A stretch of 63,421 nt of DNA, the filler included, from Phoronis australis (taxonomy: Eukaryota > Animalia > Phoronida): assembly GCA_002633005.1 (NCBI GenBank). It is 6 parts of 6 records of this genome, joined end to end, with 100 filler letters (N's around TTAATTAATTAA, not from the genome) between each part and the next. Parts side by side here need not be neighbours in the genome. Positions count along the whole stretch, not along the records: positions 1 to 24,956 come from NMRA01000631.1; 5 more parts are not named here. One strand, 5' to 3'. Numbering within the stretch: the first letter of the stretch is position 1; every line of letters begins with the position of its first letter. The position numbers and the translations under genes are program-made. Below, piece after piece: positions 1 through 12,369 of this stretch. The notes under the pieces were generated by a model. The model made no database searches and was not told where the DNA came from. It saw nothing but the letters and a program-made list of their open reading frames with translations.

Positions 1-185
1 GTTACATTGATGTGCATGTTACATTGATGTGCATGTTACATTGATGTGCATGTTACATTGATGTGCATGTTACATTGATGTGCATGTTACATTGATGTGC
101 ATGTTACATTGATGTGCATGTTACATTGATGTGCATGTTACATTGATGTGTATGTTACATTGATGTGTATGTTACATTGATGTGT
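1..185. repeat. 17-bp minisatellite (gttacattgatgtgcat), ~11 copies
   Basis: Direct inspection. Confidence 0.95.
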
Positions 186-497
186 GACTTTGTTGACAAG
201 TCTGTGTATTTAGTTAAATACCTATAAAAATATAGATTTTGACTCTGAAGTAAAAGTGAATTTAGAAAGTCTGTACAATTTGTTTTTGACTGTTTATCAA
301 CATGCCATGACCTTGCTCACGTCTGTAGTAAAATTTAGCTCCGAAGAAAGCTACATTGATAACAGAATTGACATATTAATAACATGGCCAACTTTCGTCT
401 GATATAAAATGTGCAAGATGAAATCTGAAAAAACGCTAATTTAACAGGTCCACAGTAAACAAGTTGCGGTTGTATTTTGGTGGATCTTTTTACACCT

Positions 498-1001
498 AAC
501 CCACTTATGACATTCCTTACAGACACTCATGACCCACTTATGACGTACCTTGTGGGCGCACATGACCCACTTATGGCGTTCCTTGCGGGCACACATGACT
601 CACTTATGACTTACCTTGCGGGTACACATGACTCACTTATGACTTACCTTGCAGGCACACATGACCCACTTATGACTTTCCTTGCGGGGACACATGACCC
701 ACTTATGACTTACCTTGCGAGCTCACATGACCCACTTATGACTTACCTTGCGAGTACACATGACTCACTTATGATGTTCCTTGTAGAGACTCATGACCCA
801 CTTATGACGTACCTTTCAGCTACACATGGCACACTCATGACGTGCCTTGCAGGCACTCGTGACTCACTTATGACGTACATATCTTGTGGGTACACATGAC
901 ACACTTATGATGTACCTTTCGGATACACATGACCCACTTATGATGTACCTTTCGGATACACATGACACACTTATGACGTACCTTGTGGGCACACATGACC
1001 C
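498..1001. repeat. 33-bp minisatellite, ~15 copies
   Basis: acacatgacccacttatgacttaccttgcgggc; source of the spurious ORF 477..899. Confidence 0.95.
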
Positions 1002-1196
1002 AAATCATCCCAGGTTATTTCCCAGAACCACTTGCCGGTGATTTGTCGCAAATCATTTTCGCCAGAAAACTCGTCTTTTATTAGCATTTTATTCTTATCA
1101 TCAGTATCATCAGAATATGTTGCATTTCTACTTCACAGAATTTTGTCTGATTACTGTTGTTTTTTATTTCAAGTTAATCATGTCTTGTCACTGCAG

Positions 1197-1278
1197 GAGA
1201 CTGTGAAAGGAATTGGGTTTGAAACAGAGCAAGTGGACAAAGCCATCTTAAGCGTGTTTTCTGGTCTGGACAGGGAAG
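1197..1278 (+). CDS. CENPL: Centromere protein L, internal exon (5' exons lie upstream of the window)
   Basis: ctgcag|ETVKGIGFETEQVDKAILSVFSGLDRE G|gtttgt. Resembles recalled CENP-L EKQKGLAVEVGEDFNIKVIFS. An alternative acceptor at 1173 is possible. Confidence 0.7.
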
Positions 1279-1397
1279 GTTTGTCCATTGCCATTTGCAT
1301 GTAAAAATCCTAGAATTTCTATTTAAATGCATAAGCATGACTATGATGCAATAGCTGCTGTTCAAAATAGCCGTGCCATATTGAAAATCACTATTCT

Positions 1398-1719
1398 GCC
1401 AGATTGTGATCTGTTCTGTGGTGGCCAGGTGTTCAGCGCCACCTACAGATCCCAGATTGTGATCTGGTCTGTGGTGGCCAGGTGTTCAGCGCCACCTACA
1501 GATCCCAGATTGTGATCTGGTCTGTGGTGGCCAGGTGTTCAGCGTCACCTACAGATCCCAGATTGTGATCTGGTCTGTGGTGGCCAGGTGTTCAGCGCCA
1601 CCTACAGATCCCAGATTGTGATCTGGTCTGTGGTGGCCAGGTGTTCAGCGCCACCTACAGATCCCAGATTGTGATCTGGTCTGTGGTGGCCAGGTGTTCA
1701 GCACCACCTACAGATCCCA
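1398..1719. repeat. 53-bp minisatellite, 6 copies
   Basis: cccagattgtgatctggtctgtggtggccaggtgttcagcgccacctacagat. Confidence 0.95.
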
Positions 1720-4079
1720 TGTAATGTGAATGGAAGTTTTCAACCTACTGGGATAAACATTTTAAGAGTGACTCCGTATACAAAACCAACAGGTAGCGTC
1801 TACTCCCAAAATTACAGATATTTTAGACTTAGCTCATGAGTTTGGTTTGTTGAGATGTTGAAAAAAATAGCTTTTTGAGAATTTTCCTCCATTATTTCTC
1901 TTTTTATGACACGTACCTCCATTTTGCTACAAAATTGGTCGCTGAAGTAGACATGTTTGAATATATTTTACTAGCATGTATATCTAGCTGATAACAAATG
2001 AGTGATAAAGTTTTAAAGGACTATGATTGAGTGATTTAATGGCATAACTTTCAAATTCATTTTCAAATTTGTGTTTTGTTTGTGTGGCAAAAACGGCTAT
2101 TGCAGGTTTTCACTGAAGCCATTTTTGACCAACTTTGGCACTCTGTAGCAGCCATATTGCGCCTTTTCAAAAACTGACCTCATAATAATTTGTTTAGTTA
2201 TTCCTAACCTGTTCAAAATCTAAAATAAAAAATCTTGCCTCTCCTGTAGTTTTTGCTTAATACAAAGCATTACACAAACTGCACTTTGTCCTGCTTGTCT
2301 GTTCTCTGTTGCCTCAACCACCAATAGGGGGCCTCTTGAAACGTGTAATTAGCTTGCAAAAATGGCGCAAGAAGCTTGTATTTTAGAGAAAAAGCAGACA
2401 GCATTACTAATTACCATTCTCTCAAAACCTCAAAACCACACTGATGATTATTGCTTATTACAAAAAATTTCGTACATAAATTGTGAAGAACAGGCATTCC
2501 ATACTACTGCAAAGAAGAACCAAGCCACACTGCTATTTACAATCATTGGAAACACTCCTTCCACATTCTTGCAAGTAGATCTTCAGCTCTGGGACTTCAA
2601 AACGAGCGAAATTCGGGCACAGTTTCACCAAAGTTCTTTGGGAACATTAAGTGCACTATTTTCTTAACCAAATTCCAACTTTGAGACACTTGTTAACAGA
2701 AGCAGGAAAATCTAAGCAATTCCAAAATTTTGATTCTGCATTTCAATTCAAAGAAATTGCATTTCTCTAACTGAATGATCAAACGTGTTTTTTTCAATTG
2801 CTACTCTCAAAATTGCACTTTCTGCGTATTCCCTATCTGTTCAGGTTAATGTTGTGCCTGTTTAAACTGAAAAACTTGAAAATCAAAATGGAGGCGCTGT
2901 GAAGTTGAGTACAAGAGAAACATAGGCATTCACTAAATTTTGAAAATGGATGAATGGATGGTTTTATGTAAAGCTGTATTTGAGCCTTTCACCAAATGCT
3001 GTATATTGTATACAAATTACTCTCTGATACCTTTGCAGAATTTACTATGAACTTTTATGTATAAAGGGAGAGAGACGTTGTACAAGGGTAACTAGAATTT
3101 TTTTCTAAGGAGCCATTGTCCCCTAAAAATAATGTAGGGGCCAGACATGTCACAAGAAAATGCTCCAAGCACCATAGGCAAACCCTCCTACTAAGGTCTC
3201 TCTGGAGCATGCAATGCATGTACAACTAAACCTGGCTTTTGCCACCCCTTTGCATATTCCAGCACCTATTCTCATCACTGGTTAAACAGTGACTCATTTG
3301 CATTTTATATTACTGAGAATGTATTCTTCATGTCAACAAAACTCACATCAATTCATAATTCCTTCAAAAAATTAGCAGACTAAAATGCTGGTTTTTGAAA
3401 GTGATTGTCACCATTTTTTTTGAGAGCAGACAAATTAGATGATGGTAGTTTTTCAGTCATTTGTAGAGTGTCTGGTTGTATACTGTTCTTGCCTGCAGGA
3501 CGTGTCTTCCTCAGTGAAATTGGTAGGGACATAAAATCTCGGTAAATTAAGATGTGTAATAAGCATTTGTTGCCAAGTCCGAAAGTTAATAGAGCGGAAG
3601 TGAATGTCGAGTTTGTCAGCCGATATGAAGCGAAGGAAATTAGTTGTTACTGAACTGCTTGACTGAATAATCAGGTTGCCATGGATACGAGTGACATGTA
3701 GCATCTATCAACTGCCAGCTTACCTAGCGTATGGTCACCTGCGGGACACTCTGCACTTTGCATAAGAGGCCTTGAGTTTCCACAAATTTGTACTCTGACA
3801 TGCACTCCTTCATTTTTTGCTGTTAGTCCATAAAAGCGTGAATTGAATATTTGGATCTCATTGGTATCCAATCCCTGTTTTCAACACAGTTTGTGCTTTA
3901 GACTAAACCTCAATGCTCATTAAACCATTAATAAAAGTGCTGAGTAAAAATAGAAAAGACCCATCATCTCTGCAGGTATAGATCAACTCTGTCTCTTCAC
4001 CACATTGTTTGGTTACCACTTGTGTTTCACCATGAATGACATATTTGTGTTCATTTTTAATTTCTAAATTTGATTGTAG

Positions 4080-4127
4080 GTGACAAGCCAGCTGTGAAAA
4101 TTGTTATAAAAAGCAAGCCACACCCAA
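4080..4127 (+). CDS. CENPL: CENP-L internal exon
   Basis: ttgtag|(G)DKPAVKIVIKSKPHP|gtaagc, phase 1-1. Bridges the flanking exons in frame; cf. DPEAFLVQIVSK. Confidence 0.75.
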
Positions 4128-5298
4128 GTAAGCTTCAGTCACGTATTTGGGTACAATGTGATAAGCTAGAACAACAGTACTGTGGAACTTTGTCAGAGTT
4201 CAGCTAAGATTTGATTTTTTGGGCACGTTTTGCACAAGATTCACTGATAGACCCCCGTACCTTTGTTACGCTGATTTTTAGGGGATAATCACTTACAAAC
4301 ATTCCACATTTTAAAAACCATTTTTTCCACTGAATAATGGACATCAATCTGGTTCTCAAAATCCAAACCCTTCTAAGTGACTAACAGTGTATTTTTAGTG
4401 ACACATTACGGACAATACACATATTTAGGCCCTACTGCTCTACATTGGGCCTTAACTGACCCAGGTTTAGGCAGATGAGCTCACATATAAAACATTGAAA
4501 TAGATACATAGAGCAAATATTTTAAACTAGCACGTGAGTGACTCTTAACTTACCCAGTACGAAACAGTAGATATCGACATGTTTTCAGTTTAATAAATTA
4601 GTTGAAGAATACCATGAGCTTGTCAGAAGGCACTCCTGCATTGTAAGACCTTTCCTTACACTCAAGGTGCCCTAGTTTAGCTATGTGCTAAAGTTAGGAG
4701 GCACATGCGCCTATGTGCAGAGCATATTGGCAAAAGACTTTCTTGTAAGAACTTTTGAGAGAAAATTTTTTCTCATGTACCTTGGAAACATTAAACCAAG
4801 TTCATATGAAACTTTCAGGTACCATGGTTTATGATGTGTTCCCCAAATTCTTGTTTGAAATTGGTTTTAAAATCGTCTAATTTAGCATGAGGGGCTAGGA
4901 AAAATAGGAACTTCGTGGAAAAAAATCTACATTGTATAAACTGAAAACATAATGGTAATTTAGAAAAGTGTAACTGTTGTTTTTGAGATTTCATCTTTAA
5001 TGTGTACATCAAACAAAATGTGGTGATGTTATTGATACCATTGGTTTGCTATCATTGTACCTTTCTTTTTTGCTAAATTTTACAAAACATGACATGGTCA
5101 TTTGACTAAATTAATGTCAGATGGGTAAAAAGTCAAAAATCAAATTTTCTACTTTAAGAAAATAGTACTTTTACTCAGTAAAATCCTGTTTTGTAGATGT
5201 TTGCAAAGACTTCATGGTAAGATTCTACATAACCTTGTCATAGTATTATCTCCTCTGTTATATACCGGGTATGTTACATAAATATCCTGGCTTTGTAG

Positions 5299-5456
5299 GC
5301 ACTGGGGTGAGAAGGGATGCTGTTGTCGCTATTTTGTGCTCTGTTGATGCAGGTGTGACCAATCAGAGCAGGCTGGGCACGTCTTTCACATCGCTTCCTG
5401 TTCTACTCACAAGGGGATTGGCTGGCTTGATATCACTGTTGATATCATGGTTGAAG
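5299..5456 (+). CDS. CENPL: CENP-L internal exon
   Basis: ttgtag|...AILCSVDAG...SFTSLPVLLTRG...LISWLK|gtttgt. Matches recalled FTCLPLFLANG...IGTWFQ; phase 1-0. Confidence 0.85.
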
Positions 5457-6721
5457 GTTTGTACATTATGTGATATAAACAGGCTTTAGACTATGAACGA
5501 TAAGCCTTTGATTTTTGTTTAATGAAGATATCTTTATCTTCCAACTTCAAAATGCTTGCCATGAAAGCATAACACATTTTGAAGTTGTTAGAAATCATTC
5601 CTGCTTGTGAATCTTGATGCAACATCTTCAAGTGTTTGCGTCTACAAAATTAATTTAGAATCCATAGAAATGTGTTTTACTCATTTTGTTATTTGGAAAA
5701 TCCTTCTCATATTAAAAGATTATTTAAAAGATTTTTTCTGTCACAACCTCTCTGATGCAGATTTCATTAAAATCGATTCGACATTGATTGTCAGATAACT
5801 TCTTTCTGCATTTCTTGTATGGTCTAAAAATATTTGGGTGCGGATCACATCTGTGCAATAACTCCCCGAGTGACATCGTTAAAAGAACAAATGGTAGTAA
5901 AATTGTTTTTAAAAAGTATATTAGACCACATTACTTTGAAAATAACCTCAAATTCAAGATATAAAATGACACCTGAGAGAGTTGTGGTGAGACATTGCAG
6001 TAAAGGTCACGACATAAACCATTCACAACATAGTAATAGCTAAGGGTACTTGGCATAGCAGGTGATCAATCAGATTCCATAACATCAATAGGACAATAGC
6101 CAGCCAGTGGGCACAGGAGGTGATATTAATTGAATAGAGACAGTGTTTTATTGTAGCCTGTGAATTGGTGGCACCAGAGAGGCACTACTGCCAAACAGTA
6201 CTAAGTTCTCTGTCACAACTTGAGTATTTTAAGGTTGTCATCGACGTGTTGTTGTTGTTTAACCACTGTTGTGATTCCAAAATAATAGCGTTGGAAAAGA
6301 TTGGCCTCGTGGGATGTATTGGGTGTTGGTGAACAGTGTGAGAATTGAGGCACTGACTGGTGACTACTTTCAACTGTGTGATGACTTGTTTGAAATGTGT
6401 TGGAATATCACCATTATGTTTACCTCTGGTGGTGTTTTTACAAATTGTTGAAAACATATTGGCTGAAGACATGATAAAAAGGTAACATTTGGTAAAATTT
6501 GGCGAATTTTATTATTTGCAGCATTGTAAAATAAACACCAACCTACCTAATAAGCCTATGAAAAGTAGGAAAATATAGCAGGTGTTTTATTTCAAGGGTA
6601 CCTTGATGTATGTGATCGTATCTACCCTCAAGGTCTTTTGTCTCTTGCTACATGACATAAGATCAAATGTGACTCATTCTAACATTAGTTTTGTGCTGAC
6701 CTATGACCTCTTGTATTCCAG

Positions 6722-6809
6722 TCCCAGTTTGACTGTCACATCTCTCACATGAACTTTTCCTCCTTTGACCTGGCATGGATGGTGGCCTTCTGGGCTGGCT
6801 CTGGAAATG
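6722..6809 (+). CDS. CENPL: CENP-L internal exon
   Basis: ttccag|SQFDCHISHMNFSSFDLAWMVAFWAGSGN|gtgagg. Matches recalled KTFDCYFSPLAINAFNLSWMAAMW; phase 0-1. Confidence 0.88.
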
Positions 6810-7419
6810 GTGAGGTTGCAGTTTGGTTATACTCTAAAAGGGGGCCACTCATGTAGTTTCACATACAATCATACGATAAAGCCCATGGCTTTTGTAGTTT
6901 ATATGCAGTTATTGAGGCTCTTGCCAAAAGGCTTGTTTTAATGGTGATTTTCACAGAACTTGACTTCAATAAACCCCTGTCTTGTGTTCTTTTGTCAGAC
7001 AAATTCTTTTTAATAAATCTGCATTTTGCTTTGTTCAACTGACTAAAAAACAGAAATTGACTTTGGCCTTTTCTCTCATAAAATTGGTCTTATAATATTC
7101 CGTTAACAATTCAAGTCACAGACAATGCAATGCGTACATACGCCATTTTTGAATTCGTAATTTTAGAGTTGCCCAATTAACTAACTTTAAAGCGTTTTCT
7201 TGAGCCGTTGATGGTTTTAATGTTCTTGTTGGTGACGGTAAAACATTCACATCATGTTAAGGGATATCATGAGGCTTTTTTATGGGAGTAAAAGGCCTAA
7301 TTTGATGTTTGTTTTTTCCACTGAATATGGTGAAAAGCGTCATTATGCCAGTCTGCATTGCCTTGAAATGACCAGTACAAGTCTGCTTCAAAATTCCATT
7401 TCATGTTGTTAGCTTCGGG

Positions 7420-8162
7420 CATGATGAATTGTGCACAGCTGATAAATTGTACAGAGCTTATAAATTGTGCACAGCTCATGAACTGTGTGCACAGCTCATG
7501 AATTGTGCACAGCTCATGAATTGTGCACAGCTCATGAATTGTGCACAGCTCATGAACTGTGCACAGCTCATGAACTGTGCACAGCTCATGAATTGTGCAC
7601 AGCTCATGAACTGTGCACAGCTCATGAACTGTGTGCACAGCTCATGAATTGTGCACAGCTCATGAACTGTGCACAGCTCATGAACTGTGTGCACAGCTCA
7701 TGAACTGTGCAGAGCTCTGAGCTGAGAAATTGTATAGAGCTGATGAATTGTGCACAACTTATGAATTGTGGAGAGGTGACGTATTGCGCAGAGCTGACAA
7801 ACTGCGCAGAGCTGATGAATTGTGCAGAACTGGTGAATTGTGTAGAGCTGATAAATTGTGCAGAGCTTACAAATTGTGTAGAGCTGGTGAATTGTGCAGA
7901 GCTGGCGAATTGTGCAGAGCTGACAAATTGTGCAGAGCTGGTGAATTGTGCAGAGCTGACAAATTGTGCAGAGCTGATGAATTGTGCAGAGCTGACAAAT
8001 TGTGCAGAACTGGTGAATTGTGTAGAGCTGATAAATTGTGCAGAGCTTACAAATTGTGTAGAGCTGGCGAATTGTGCAGAGCTGACAAATTGTGCAGAGC
8101 TGATGAATTGTGCAGAGCTGATAAATTGTACAGAGCTGATATATTGTGCAGAGCTGATAAAC
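7420..8162. repeat. 18-bp minisatellite with two variant blocks
   Basis: A tgtgcacagctcatgaat block followed by a tgtgcagagctgxxgaat block; intronic in CENP-L. Confidence 0.95.
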
Positions 8163-8780
8163 AAAGACTAAACCCAAACTCAATATTTTTGCTTGTCAGC
8201 ATCAGAATTAGTGGCTGCAAGTCCCTTTCATATAAGTGCACAGAACATCCTCCCCAATGCCTAGAACATCCCCCCCAATGTTTACTTCCGCGCACAGTCT
8301 GTACTGGACGATTAACTTCTGTTTGCGCCTTCCCGGAACGATGAAAGCCAAAAATAAAATGATGAATTTGTCGTTTTGAATTGCCAGTTTTGTTTCATCA
8401 AAAACATACGGGAGCTCTTCTCTGTACTGTACGTGCACAGTTTGGGTTTTTGTGAAATTGGCAGCATGGAAGTAATGCATTTCAGGTTACAATTTTGTTA
8501 ATGTGAGGTGGAGTATACGGCTTTAGGAAGTAACTTTAAAGCTCATGAAAGTTTTTGGGTATTTTCTCGTTCAATGGTGCTGTTTTATAAGTGACTTACA
8601 ATGAAACTGGTTTCAGCTGTACATGAATAAGCTGGATTTTTGTGAAACTGGTACAGTTGCATAGGTCTAGTTCATTCACATGGTCCATCTGGTAAGTCGT
8701 ACTTGGCTTTACTAATCACACGTCAGTATTACTGTATATTGTGTTCTCTGTTTGTGAAGACATCCGATATTACCTTTCAG

Positions 8781-8895
8781 AACGAAGAGGAGCCAAGCCA
8801 ACAGAATTGGTGTATAATGTTCCTGCCGAGTGCAAAGGCTTGAGTAAAATAACTTTGAGCATAGAGCCACAAGATTGTGAGAAGTTATGGAGCAG
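8781..8895 (+). CDS. CENPL: CENP-L internal exon
   Basis: tttcag|(E)RRGAKPTELVYNVP...ITLSIEPQDCEKLWS|gtgtgt; cf. TEFLWSVP...ISFAIHPEDAKALWDS; phase 1-2. Confidence 0.88.
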
Positions 8896-9112
8896 GTGTG
8901 TGCTTTGACTTAGTGAACACAGGTATCACATGGCCAGGTGTGTGGTTTGACTGAGTGTGTGTTGCATTACAGCAAATTAAACACAGGTATCACATGGCCA
9001 GGTGTGAGGTTTGTGTTGGTGTGTGTTGTTTTGCAGCAAATTAAACACAAGTATCACATGGCCAGGTGTGAGGTTTGACTTGGTGTGTGTTGTTTTGCAG
9101 CAAATTAAACAC
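8888..9112. repeat. 64-bp tandem repeat, 3 copies plus a partial copy overlapping the CENP-L donor
   Basis: Units start at 8916, 8980 and 9044; tggccaggtgtgtggtttgactgagtg resembles the true donor tggagcag|gtgtgtgctttgacttagtg. Confidence 0.85.
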
Positions 9113-9755
9113 CCAAGGATGGAATCTCCTCACCGTTCATACGGAAGGCTCGATGCTGACTCATTCTCCCTTTCATCAAGTCCAGACTTCTTGACTTCTG
9201 CACCTTGAACTTCATCCTACCCCAAACAATTAGTTCTTCTAATTTCTTCAACACCCAACCTGCTCCTACTGCTGTTGATGTAGTAACTGTTAGGTCGTCG
9301 ACAAATGCTCGACACGGGGGAAGGCGTCTGCCTTGTAGGAGAGGCCCCCTGCACTCTTTGCTGGCTCGGCGAATAATGAGGTTCATTGCGAGCACAAATA
9401 AGCTGACTGAAATGGTGCACCCGGTCAATATCCCTTTCTCCAAAGGCTTGAAATCTGTTGTGAACTCTCGTTGAAAATCGCATCTGTATACTGTTGAAGT
9501 AGTCGTTGATGACCTTTTGTACTCCTTCCGGAAAATGATAGGTCGCCATCGCCTTCCTAATTAGTGAATGTGGCATGGAACCATAAGCATTCTCTAAATC
9601 TAACCACACAACTGCCAAGTTCGACTTGTCTGCCTTTGCCTTACTGATCAGCTTCGTTAGAACAGCATTATGCTCCAGGCAACCGAACTGCCCTGGTACA
9701 CCACCTTTCTGCACTGTGGGGTCGATATAACCATTCCCCAGGACGTATGTAACTA
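9113..9755 (-). mobile_element. Truncated non-LTR retrotransposon RT fragment (R2 group, HERO-like), frameshifted
   Basis: YIDPTVQKGGVPGQFGCLEH, WLDLENAYGSMPH, KGILTGCTIS..LF, RAFVDD, MKFKVQKSRSL. Frameshift near 9465; antisense within a CENP-L intron. Confidence 0.88.
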
Positions 9756-10294
9756 TGCGAATATTCATTAAACTTGCAGCAAATGCTAGTTGAACTAATG
9801 ACACAAAAATATTAAAATCAGGTCTGACTGGTAGCGAAGAGTTTGGGGCAGTTAACCCAAATGAGTGGTCAATAGCCAGTGGTAACTGAGTGCAGGAGTG
9901 GTCATGGAACACTTGTTACAAAAATGGAACCCTTACCAATGTCTTCTTCACAAATCACTTACCGCGCACCGCAAGACTCTTACGATGTTCAGTGAAGCCT
10001 TACCACTGAAGCTGAACTATGACTACAGCCAGGCAATCTTACTATGGACAAAATGTTCAGGTTCGATAGTAAGCCTTCGCTCCGTGTTAGCACGCGTTTG
10101 GTGGTATGCGTTCTTGTGCTAAGTGTGGGTAGGGTGTGGTCACCATCCCACCACAGGCGCTTGGGTTTATCTGTTCCTCGATCGCAAATGACGTCACTCA
10201 ATAATATATATAAGAAAACGTATGTTTTGTTGTGAACATTCGAACTAAGGTACCATGGCCTGCTTGGCTGATAAATATATTTTTTTCTTTTCAG

Positions 10295-10397
10295 TATCCA
10301 TGACAGCAATGTGGATGAATTCAGCGATGAAGAGGTGGACATGTTTCTGAAGAGTCTGGAGTCTCACTTCTATCATCACTTCAGGGTTAAATTGGCT
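10295..10397 (+). CDS. CENPL: CENP-L internal exon
   Basis: tttcag|(S)IHDSNVDEFSDEEVDMFLKSLESHFYHHFRVKLA|gtcagt; cf. EEVDLFMDCLYSHFHRHFKIHLS; phase 2-0. Confidence 0.9.
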
Positions 10398-11430
10398 GTC
10401 AGTTTCATTTTAAGTTGAATATTTACAGACTCTGGTTTTCCGTTTTCAAAAACATCAAATTCCATTTCATTATTTCAAGGTAATGAATAACATAAAAAAG
10501 GATCTGGGAATAGCCTCAATTATTCCACTGATTTCCACAACTCCGTTTTACTGACGACTTGCTGCACATTGTATTTATTGTCAAAACTAGATAAAGAACA
10601 GCGCTACCTTCAGAACGAATGAACAACTAATTGAACACTGCCAGCTGTTGTAGTAGTGTGCGTTGTGTACTTACCGGGCCCCTGCGCATCTCTCACGGAA
10701 TTTATTAACTTGTTTTTTTTACTTTGTATCTTATTTATGTTTTAATATTTATTTAAAATTATTTTAATCTAATTGCTACATAGACTGTTTCAAATAAGTG
10801 CAGTAATGAATTATGCATGTACAATTTTGGCAATATGGTCAAATGTAAATGCCTCTTTTATTTTGTTTGCTCACTTAAACGCATCATGAACGCACATCAT
10901 GTTTGACTTTATTATGATCTGCACTTTTATCATTGTTGTTGACCCACTGTCCAAGCATCCTGTTGCTGACGCCATCATCACCAATGTCTTGGTCCTGATT
11001 CAGACATTAAAATTCGTATTTTCATAGTCAATCTCAATTTTGAATAAGTTCTTCTTCCAATTTCTCCAAGTGTGGCTCTTCAGAGTGTGTTACACTAGTC
11101 TATAACATTTAAGGCTATCTTGGACCCTATAAAAGTGCTCAGATTTGATTGATTTTGGAAGTTCTTATCTCAGAAATGGCTATCAAATTAATATGAAACT
11201 GTTCAATGGAACACTTTCAGGAGATGTGTTTAAAATGTTCCACTTTCTTGAGTGGCTATAAAAAATAGGACTTCTTTGATTTTTATTTAAAATACTCAAA
11301 AATTGCCGAACTTGAAAACAAAATGATGTTTTAGAAAATTGTAACTGCTTTTTTGAGGTTTCATCTTGAATGTCTATAAATTATGAAACTAACTTTAGTC
11401 ATTATGAAGCCACATGTTCATATGAAGAAA

Positions 11431-11594
11431 TAAGCAACTGACACCTTTAATTTGACTAAGCAACTGACACCTTTAATTTGACTAAGCAACTGACACCTTT
11501 AATTTGACTAAGCAACTGACACCTTTAATTTGACTAAGCAACTGACACCTTTAATTTGACTAAGCAACTGACACCTTTAATTTGACCAAGCAAC
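11431..11594. repeat. 26-bp minisatellite, 6 copies
   Basis: taagcaactgacacctttaatttgac. Confidence 0.95.
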
Positions 11595-11607
11595 AATTTG
11601 AGACCAA

Positions 11608-11859
11608 GGGCCCATTCCAAGAAACTGAATGAGTTCATTTTTGACTTAAGTCTAAGATTTGTCTCAACTTCCAAAATTTGAAACTTCCACATCCGGTAAT
11701 ATAGTCAAAATTAAGACAAAAGTTAAGTCAAAAACTTAAGTCAAACTTAAGATCTCTTTCTTGGAATGGACTTAAGACAAATTTAAGTTACATCTTAAAA
11801 TTGACTGAAATTTAAGATTCGTCTTATATTAGTTAAGTCAGTTTTCTTGGAATGGGCCC
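11608..11859. mobile_element. PIF/Harbinger-like MITE
   Basis: TIR gggcccattccaagaaa...tttcttggaatgggccc; 3-bp TSD CAA at 11605-11607 and 11860-11862. Confidence 0.7.
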
Positions 11860-11962
11860 CAATTCCATAATGGGCCCCAATTCCATAATGGGCCCCAATT
11901 CCATAATGGGCCCCAATTCCATAATGGGCCCCAATTCCATAATGGGCCCCAATTCCATAATG
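11851..11962. repeat. 18-bp minisatellite, 6 copies, made of MITE end + TSD + flank
   Basis: aatgggccc-caa-ttccat. Confidence 0.95.
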
Positions 11963-12157
11963 GTAACTGGTTGAAATCAAGAACAAGTGTTTGTGATGAA
12001 GGTGTGTTTTAATTTTGTGGTTGCTTTTCACCACTCTTGACTTAAGTTGAAAGTACCCATCAATGTGACCATTCTTAGCTACCCCAGGGTTATGACCTTC
12101 AGAAAAAAGAGTTGCTATAAATAATTCACAGTGCTATTTAATGAGAAATGCAATTGT

Positions 12158-12270
12158 GTGCATTACAGGCTCTGCCTCTGGCTGCTATTGGTATGTCTGT
12201 AGTGTACCTTGGTTATGCATTGCAGGCGCTGCATCTGGCTACTATCGGTACATCCATAGTGTATGTTGGC
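12158..12270 (+). repeat. 57-bp tandem duplication spanning the CENP-L last acceptor
   Basis: cattacag|GCTCTGCCTCTGGCT... versus cattgcag|GCGCTGCATCTGGCT... Confidence 0.85.
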
Positions 12271-12369
12271 TCTGAAGGTAGAATAAAGGTCTTCTCCAAG
12301 GATCACATCCATCAAATACTCCGTCACGTGACTGAACTTGCCTTGGAGCATGTAATGCCTGCTGAGTAA
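12226..12369 (+). CDS. CENPL: CENP-L terminal coding exon (alternative in-frame acceptor would start at 12169)
   Basis: tgcag|ALHLATIGTSIVYVGSEGRIKVFSKDHIHQILRHVTELALEHVMPAE*; colinear with recalled ATRLVRVSTSVASAHTDGKIKI...LTELA. Confidence 0.88.
   Translation, partial: ALHLATIGTSIVYVGSEGRIKVFSKDHIHQILRHVTELALEHVMPAE

Noticed and set aside
477-899. 140-aa repeat protein (THDPLMTYLAG)n
   Set aside because: Translation of a 33-bp minisatellite, apparently in a CENP-L intron; the array continues past the stop codon.
1762-4548. Sola3-like element (TTAA-GAG...CTC-TTAA) capturing a CENP-L exon
   Set aside because: The inverted match is only ~9 nt beyond TTAA and would enclose a conserved host exon; likely chance or two separate remnants.
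7297-8344. Cys-rich hexapeptide-repeat ORFs (NCAELM)n resembling a beta-solenoid or antifreeze protein
   Set aside because: This is an 18-bp intronic minisatellite open in several frames on both strands, with frame-breaking 20-bp units and no convincing splice sites or start context.
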